Positions 59,609 to 64,000 of a DNA stretch of 64,000 bases are shown one piece after another. The position numbers and the translations under genes are program-made. Under the pieces are notes generated by a model. The model saw only the letters and a program-made list of their open reading frames with translations, was not told where the DNA came from and did no database searches. Numbering within the stretch: the first letter of the stretch is position 1; each line of letters opens with the position of its first letter. The DNA comes from Candidatus Multivoradales bacterium (GTDB taxonomy: Bacteria > Acidobacteriota > Thermoanaerobaculia > Multivoradales > J023). The stretch spans positions 4,128,001 through 4,192,000 of the forward strand of contig CBDFLE010000006.1 in NCBI GenBank assembly GCA_965248925.1. Direction: 5' to 3'.

Positions 59609-60226
59609 TCAAACCGTGCCGACGCGGGCTTTTTCGATCGCCGCGCGCAAGGTCGACACGTTGCTGACCCCGGGGCGGAAGAAGGCGATCTGGCCTTGGG
59701 GGTCGACGACCATCATCGTCGGCAGGCTGTAGATCTCGTAGCGTTGGGTGATGGTGTCTGCGGGGTCGATCAGCACTGGGTAAGGGAAGGGCCTTTTGGC
59801 GATGTAGCGCCGGACGGTTTCTTCTTTCTCGCCCAGGCTGACGGCGAGGAATTGCACCCCGTGATCGCCAAATTCATCCCGCAGCTCTTCGAGGTACTCG
59901 GCCTGCATGCGGCAAGGCCCGCACCAGGTGGCCCAGAAGTCCACCACCACCACCTGACCTCGAAAATCGGCCGGGCCGAGATCGCCGCCGTCGAGGTTGG
60001 CGGCGCGAAAATCTGCGGAGGCCAGGTCCCCACCAGTGCCGCCGGCAGCGGGTGCCGTGCTAGCGGTTGAAGTCAGGGGTGAACTCAGCCGGATTGATTT
60101 GGCAGCCCAGTTCATTCCCACCACCACCAGCGCGAAGCCAGCGACCGTAAAGAGCAAGAACTTGCCCAGCGAGACCGCGTGGGTCTGCGGGGCGGGTGGC
60201 AGGCTGGTGCTGGAAATCTCGCTCAT
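59609..60226 (-). CDS. TlpA/ResA-family thiol-disulfide oxidoreductase
   Basis: N-terminal TM helix; [10 protein letters not shown]; YSLPT. Confidence 0.92.
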   Translation of the reverse strand: MSEISSTSLPPAPQTHAVSLGKFLLFTVAGFALVVVGMNWAAKSIRLSSPLTSTASTAPAAGGTGGDLASADFRAANLDGGDLGPADFRGQVVVVDFWATWCGPCRMQAEYLEELRDEFGDHGVQFLAVSLGEKEETVRRYIAKRPFPYPVLIDPADTITQRYEIYSLPTMMVVDPQGQIAFFRPGVSNVSTLRAAIEKARVGTV

Positions 60227-60347
60227 CTGGTTACCTATTTGCTGGCTCTGATCGGTTCGGGTTGGTGGCAGGCCAATCTCTCACAGCTACGGTCGTCGCA
60301 CAGCGACGGATTGGCCGCCGAGCCGCCGCTAGTCTTCGTCTTCGACC

Positions 60348-60419
60348 GACCGTCACCGTATGACCGTCACCGTATGACCGTCACCGTATGACCGTCACTG
60401 TATGACCGTCACCGTATGA
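60348..60419. repeat. 14-bp tandem repeat (GACCGTCACCGTAT) x5
   Basis: Five adjacent copies, one mismatch in copy 4; intergenic. Confidence 0.95.
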
Positions 60420-60466
60420 ATTGACAGTATATGAGTCCGCTGGCGGCGAAGAAAGGCTGCGGCTTG

Positions 60467-61873
60467 CTACTCGCCACGGCTATCGGCCGGTTCGGCGGCA
60501 GCTTTGGCGTGGCGCAGCGCGCTGGCGGCGTCGAGGATCTGCTGGGCGGTCGCAGTCTCGATCATCAGCCAGGTCGAGCGCTCGCCGTCGGCCGCCGCGG
60601 CAGCTTCTCCAATGGGCTGCCAGAGGCGTAAGGTCTGCTGATCGAGATCACGACTGACCAGTTCTATCTCGAGGGCGGCGGTGCCCTGTCCGAGCCCGGC
60701 CGCGGTGGCTTGGGCCTGGTCCAGCAAGCGCTCGGCGCGGGCGGCGGTGACGAGGAAGAGGAGGTCGCTCACCAGCGCGTAGTCGAGAGCTTCTTCGCCC
60801 CGGTGCCAGTCGCCATCGCGCAGCTCGAAGGACATCACCCCGGCGCCATCGTGGAGTTTGAAGGCGGTGATCTGATACGACTCCAGAGCGCTCCACACCG
60901 GCGACCGCCAATCCGCGGCCGAACGGGCGAATGAATTGTCGAGTTGGGCGGCGGTCTCGAAGGTGAGGCCGCCGCTGCTCGGGGATTCGGCCAACAGGCG
61001 TCCGTACCGATGGCCGGACGGGGCCAAACTGCCCAGGGTGACGCGCCAGATCTGGCCGTCAGTGGTGGCGACTTCCAGCAGGTCGGCGCTGGAGTCGAAT
61101 CCTAGTTCGAGGGTCGCCGGCAGCCGGTCGAGAAAGCTCTCGGCGCGCAGGCCGACGACCGCGGCCAGGAGCCCGGCGACGGCGTCGCGATCGGCTCGGT
61201 CTTGCAGTGGAGAGTCGAGCCAGAAACGCTCGCCCTGGCGCCTCAAACTCACCCTTTCTCCTGCGTGTTCGAGGGTCAGGTAGTCGATCTCAGACCGTTC
61301 GAGGCCAAGAATCTGTGGGTCCCGCCAATCTCCGCTGGGCCGTTCCAAGTCGACGATCAGCGAGTCGCTGATCTGGTAGATCTCGGGTCGGCCGGTGATC
61401 GCCACCAACAGAGCCTGCGCGGCTGGCACCGCGGGGCCAAATTCGAGGACGGTTTCTTGATCACCGCTCGACACCCGCAGTCGACCTCGCGGCACCTCAA
61501 GTCCGGCGGCACCGCGATCGAGGTTCTCCAGTAGACGCTGGTGGCGCAGTTCCAGCAGCTTGGTGAGCAGGGTCTCGACCTGGCTCGCCGAGGCCCGCGC
61601 GGTGGTCGGCTCAGTCAGCAGCCACTGGCTTTTGGCGGGGCTTGCGGTCGCCGGGTCGGCGGTGTCGGTAGTTGGCCATTGGCGCACCAGCAAGGTCCGC
61701 TGCTGGCCCCATTCGAGGGTCAGCTGATCGATGGTGTCACCCTCCAGGGGCAAGACTCTGGCCTCTAGCTCGCTGCGCTCATCGGTGGAGGGCAAGTCGC
61801 GTTCGAAGATGAGAATGAACACGGCCAACACCAGCACCAGGCTGCCGAGGATCAGCAAAGTTCGCTGTTGCAT
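60467..61873 (-). CDS. DUF4340 domain protein
   Basis: N-terminal TM helix, repeated W.L..P...A..V..LL..L domains; follows the GldG-like gene. Confidence 0.8.
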   Translation of the reverse strand: MQQRTLLILGSLVLVLAVFILIFERDLPSTDERSELEARVLPLEGDTIDQLTLEWGQQRTLLVRQWPTTDTADPATASPAKSQWLLTEPTTARASASQVETLLTKLLELRHQRLLENLDRGAAGLEVPRGRLRVSSGDQETVLEFGPAVPAAQALLVAITGRPEIYQISDSLIVDLERPSGDWRDPQILGLERSEIDYLTLEHAGERVSLRRQGERFWLDSPLQDRADRDAVAGLLAAVVGLRAESFLDRLPATLELGFDSSADLLEVATTDGQIWRVTLGSLAPSGHRYGRLLAESPSSGGLTFETAAQLDNSFARSAADWRSPVWSALESYQITAFKLHDGAGVMSFELRDGDWHRGEEALDYALVSDLLFLVTAARAERLLDQAQATAAGLGQGTAALEIELVSRDLDQQTLRLWQPIGEAAAAADGERSTWLMIETATAQQILDAASALRHAKAAAEPADSRGE

Positions 61874-61892
61874 GCTTTCTCGCTCCCTCGGC

Positions 61893-63446
61893 TCAGCGGC
61901 GGCGCCGCAGGTAGATCATCACTCCCAAGGTTGCCGCCAATAGTGGCATCACCGCCACCACCAAGAAGGCCACCGACCAGATCTCGGAGGGAGTCATCTC
62001 GAAGCGGGTTTGGGTGGGAGTACGGGCTTCGATGGCAAGCAGCTGTTCGCGCTTGGCTAACCAATTGAGCGAGTTCAGCAGCAGAGTGGAGTTGATGCCG
62101 CCGGTGATCTGCGAGTCGGTGGCGAAGTCGATATCGCCGAACACCACCAGACGGGCTTCCGCGGCGGGATCGTCGCTCGACGCCGCGTCGTCTTGGGAAC
62201 TCTCGCCAGCTTGGCTGGCGTCGATCGGATAGGCCACCGCCACGGCCAGAGCTAAGGGTCCGTCGCGATCGACGTTGGCGGTCCGCTCAGCCGGATTGAG
62301 CAGATCGGTCTCGCCCCAAGCGTCGGCGGAGGTCGATAGTAATTCGGTGACCTGCCAGTCGGCGTTGGGGTTGGCGGCGGCCCGTAGCGAGCGCGCCATG
62401 GTGAAGTAGGCCGCCAACTTGGCTGCGGCGAAATCCTCGACGATCGGATGAAAGGCAAAATCGACGCTGTAGAGGAACTCGGGGCCGTAGAGTGGACGGC
62501 TCTGAGTGTTGTCGAGCACTACGTTGGCGTCGATCTCTACTCCCCGTTCGCCGAGCCAGCTGGAGAGGCCGAGATCGGCGAACACTCCAGCATCGTCGAA
62601 CACCGGGTCGAGCAGCATCAGCAGGCGGCCGCCTTGGTCGAGATAGTTCGCTAGCAGGGCCAGTTCCTCGGTTTCGAAGCGGCGGGTCGGAGCGGCCACC
62701 ACCACCAGGTCGGTACCGTTGGGAATGGCCTCGGCGCCGCGGGTGGAGAAGTCTTCGATGTCGAAGTTGTCCTTGCCCAGCAGGTCGGTGGCGACCCGCA
62801 GCGAGCGCCCCCCTTCGCTGGCCCGGTTGGGAGTCAGCTCGCCGTGGCCCACCGTGAACAGCGCTCGCGGCCGACGTTCTTCCACCAGCGCCAGGATCGC
62901 GCTGGTGATCACCTGCTCGCCCTTGAAGGAGGTCAGCTCCGGCCCTTGGCCGAGCTGCATGCCGGAGTAGTCGTACTCGGCCAGGTCGAGTTGGTCGATC
63001 ACCCGCCGATCCTCGCCCTGTTGCAAGACGATGACTTCGGCCCGCTCGATTTGAAATTCCTCCATCAAGCGCTGCGCCTCGAGTCGGTTACGAGCGGCGT
63101 CGACGTCGCGTACTCGGAGGTGTTCAGGCTGCGCCGCTTGATAGCGGGCGAGCAGTTCTTGCACCGCGTCGTAGTGCCGCGAGCCGGGTGATAGCAGTAC
63201 CGCGATGTCGATGTCCTCGGTCACCTGATCGAGCACTTTGAGGCTTTTATCCGACAGAGTGTAGAGCTGGCTCGAAGTCCAGTCGAAGCGTTGGTAGTGA
63301 CGCATCGCCAGATAGTTGAGCATCACCACTAGCACGGTCGCCAGGATCAAGCCGGCGCCCAACGCGGAGTTCTTGGCCAGCTTCATGTTGTCCGGCTTTC
63401 TCTTGTCCGGTCTCTCGTTGTCCGGCTCTTGGTTGTTCTCAGCCAC
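61893..63446 (-). CDS. GldG-family ABC transporter auxiliary component
   Basis: RFDWTSSQLYTLSDKS, GEQVITSAI, FTVGHGE, YLDQGGRLL, RLVVFGD, C-terminal TM + RRRR. Confidence 0.9.
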   Translation of the reverse strand: MAENNQEPDNERPDKRKPDNMKLAKNSALGAGLILATVLVVMLNYLAMRHYQRFDWTSSQLYTLSDKSLKVLDQVTEDIDIAVLLSPGSRHYDAVQELLARYQAAQPEHLRVRDVDAARNRLEAQRLMEEFQIERAEVIVLQQGEDRRVIDQLDLAEYDYSGMQLGQGPELTSFKGEQVITSAILALVEERRPRALFTVGHGELTPNRASEGGRSLRVATDLLGKDNFDIEDFSTRGAEAIPNGTDLVVVAAPTRRFETEELALLANYLDQGGRLLMLLDPVFDDAGVFADLGLSSWLGERGVEIDANVVLDNTQSRPLYGPEFLYSVDFAFHPIVEDFAAAKLAAYFTMARSLRAAANPNADWQVTELLSTSADAWGETDLLNPAERTANVDRDGPLALAVAVAYPIDASQAGESSQDDAASSDDPAAEARLVVFGDIDFATDSQITGGINSTLLLNSLNWLAKREQLLAIEARTPTQTRFEMTPSEIWSVAFLVVAVMPLLAATLGVMIYLRRRR

Positions 63447-63449
63447 CCA

Positions 63450-64000
63450 TCACCTCCACTTCTTGGCCGCCAGAACGCGGCTCGATAGAAACAACAACCA
63501 GGCGGTGACCGAGGTGTAGAACACTAGCCGGCGGCTGTCGATCACCCCCTTGCCGAAGTCGTCCAGATGGCCGATCAGGTCGACGTGTTCGAGCACTCTC
63601 TGGGCGACCTCGCTAGTCGCTAGACCTTGGAGGAAGCTCATCAGCATGATCAGTAGCAGCATCGCCAATGTAAACAGCGCGGCGCTGATCTGGTTGCGGC
63701 TGAAGGTCGATCCCAAGATGCCGAGAGCCATTGCCAGGGCGCCGAGACAGAGCACTCCGAGGTAGCCAGCGGCTACCGGGCCCCAGTCGAGGTCTCCATA
63801 GCGAGCGGTGATCAGCGCGTAGGCCAGGGTGGGTGACCAGAGAAAGGTGTAAAAGGCCATCGCGGCGAAGAACTTGCCCAGCACCACTTGGGTCTCCGAA
63901 ATTGGCGCGGTCATCAACATCTCGAGGGTACCCTGGCGCCGTTCCTCGGCCACCAGACGCATGGTCAGCAAAGGGGTGATGGTGATCAGCACGAACCAGA
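63450..64000 (-). CDS. GldF-like ABC-2 permease (3' part; start beyond the window)
   Basis: PLLTMRLVAEERRQGTLEMLMTAP...VVLGKF, NQISAA, FGKGVID. Confidence 0.9.
   Translation of the reverse strand, partial: WFVLITITPLLTMRLVAEERRQGTLEMLMTAPISETQVVLGKFFAAMAFYTFLWSPTLAYALITARYGDLDWGPVAAGYLGVLCLGALAMALGILGSTFSRNQISAALFTLAMLLLIMLMSFLQGLATSEVAQRVLEHVDLIGHLDDFGKGVIDSRRLVFYTSVTAWLLFLSSRVLAAKKWR

Noticed and set aside
60348-60419. 14-bp repeats as a mini-CRISPR
   Set aside because: Repeats are contiguous with no spacers.

Overview
GC-rich bacterial chromosomal window. Gene content (Ser/Thr kinase-ECF pair, Sec-signal Rhs, DUF4388 proteins, GldG/DUF4340, IPTL-CTERM tail) suggests Acidobacteriota/Thermoanaerobaculia; this is inference only. 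(1) 1-5.9 kb: the 5' part of a type III-B CRISPR-Cas operon (cas6-cmr1-cas10/cmr2-cmr3-cmr4) running off the left edge, with no array visible. (2) 6-10 kb: Uma2 nuclease, an ECF sigma/anti-sigma pair, an SGNH-like protein and gene debris. (3) About 10.3-34.8 kb: an accessory block bracketed by a 127-bp direct repeat of the 3' end of a DUF4388 gene. It holds secreted proteins, an ~8-kb nested tandem amplification giving six diverging copies of a small secreted Ca-binding (RTX-like repeat) gene interleaved with truncated neighbours, an intact TIGR02999-type ECF sigma with its TPR Ser/Thr kinase, and an Rhs protein with no downstream immunity gene. A shared motif TG(G/T)C(C/A)C-N16/17-(C/T)GCGTC precedes four different genes of this block, suggesting a local kinase-activated ECF regulon. 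This is the best candidate for an undescribed system. (4) 35-64 kb: mostly core genes (dcd, glpX, acyl-CoA dehydrogenase, RsbW/STAS, polyprenyl synthetase, two VapBC pairs, envC-S41-yibQ, mazG, dnaK-hspR, TlpA, Gld-like ABC system), with REP-like elements and a 14-bp VNTR.
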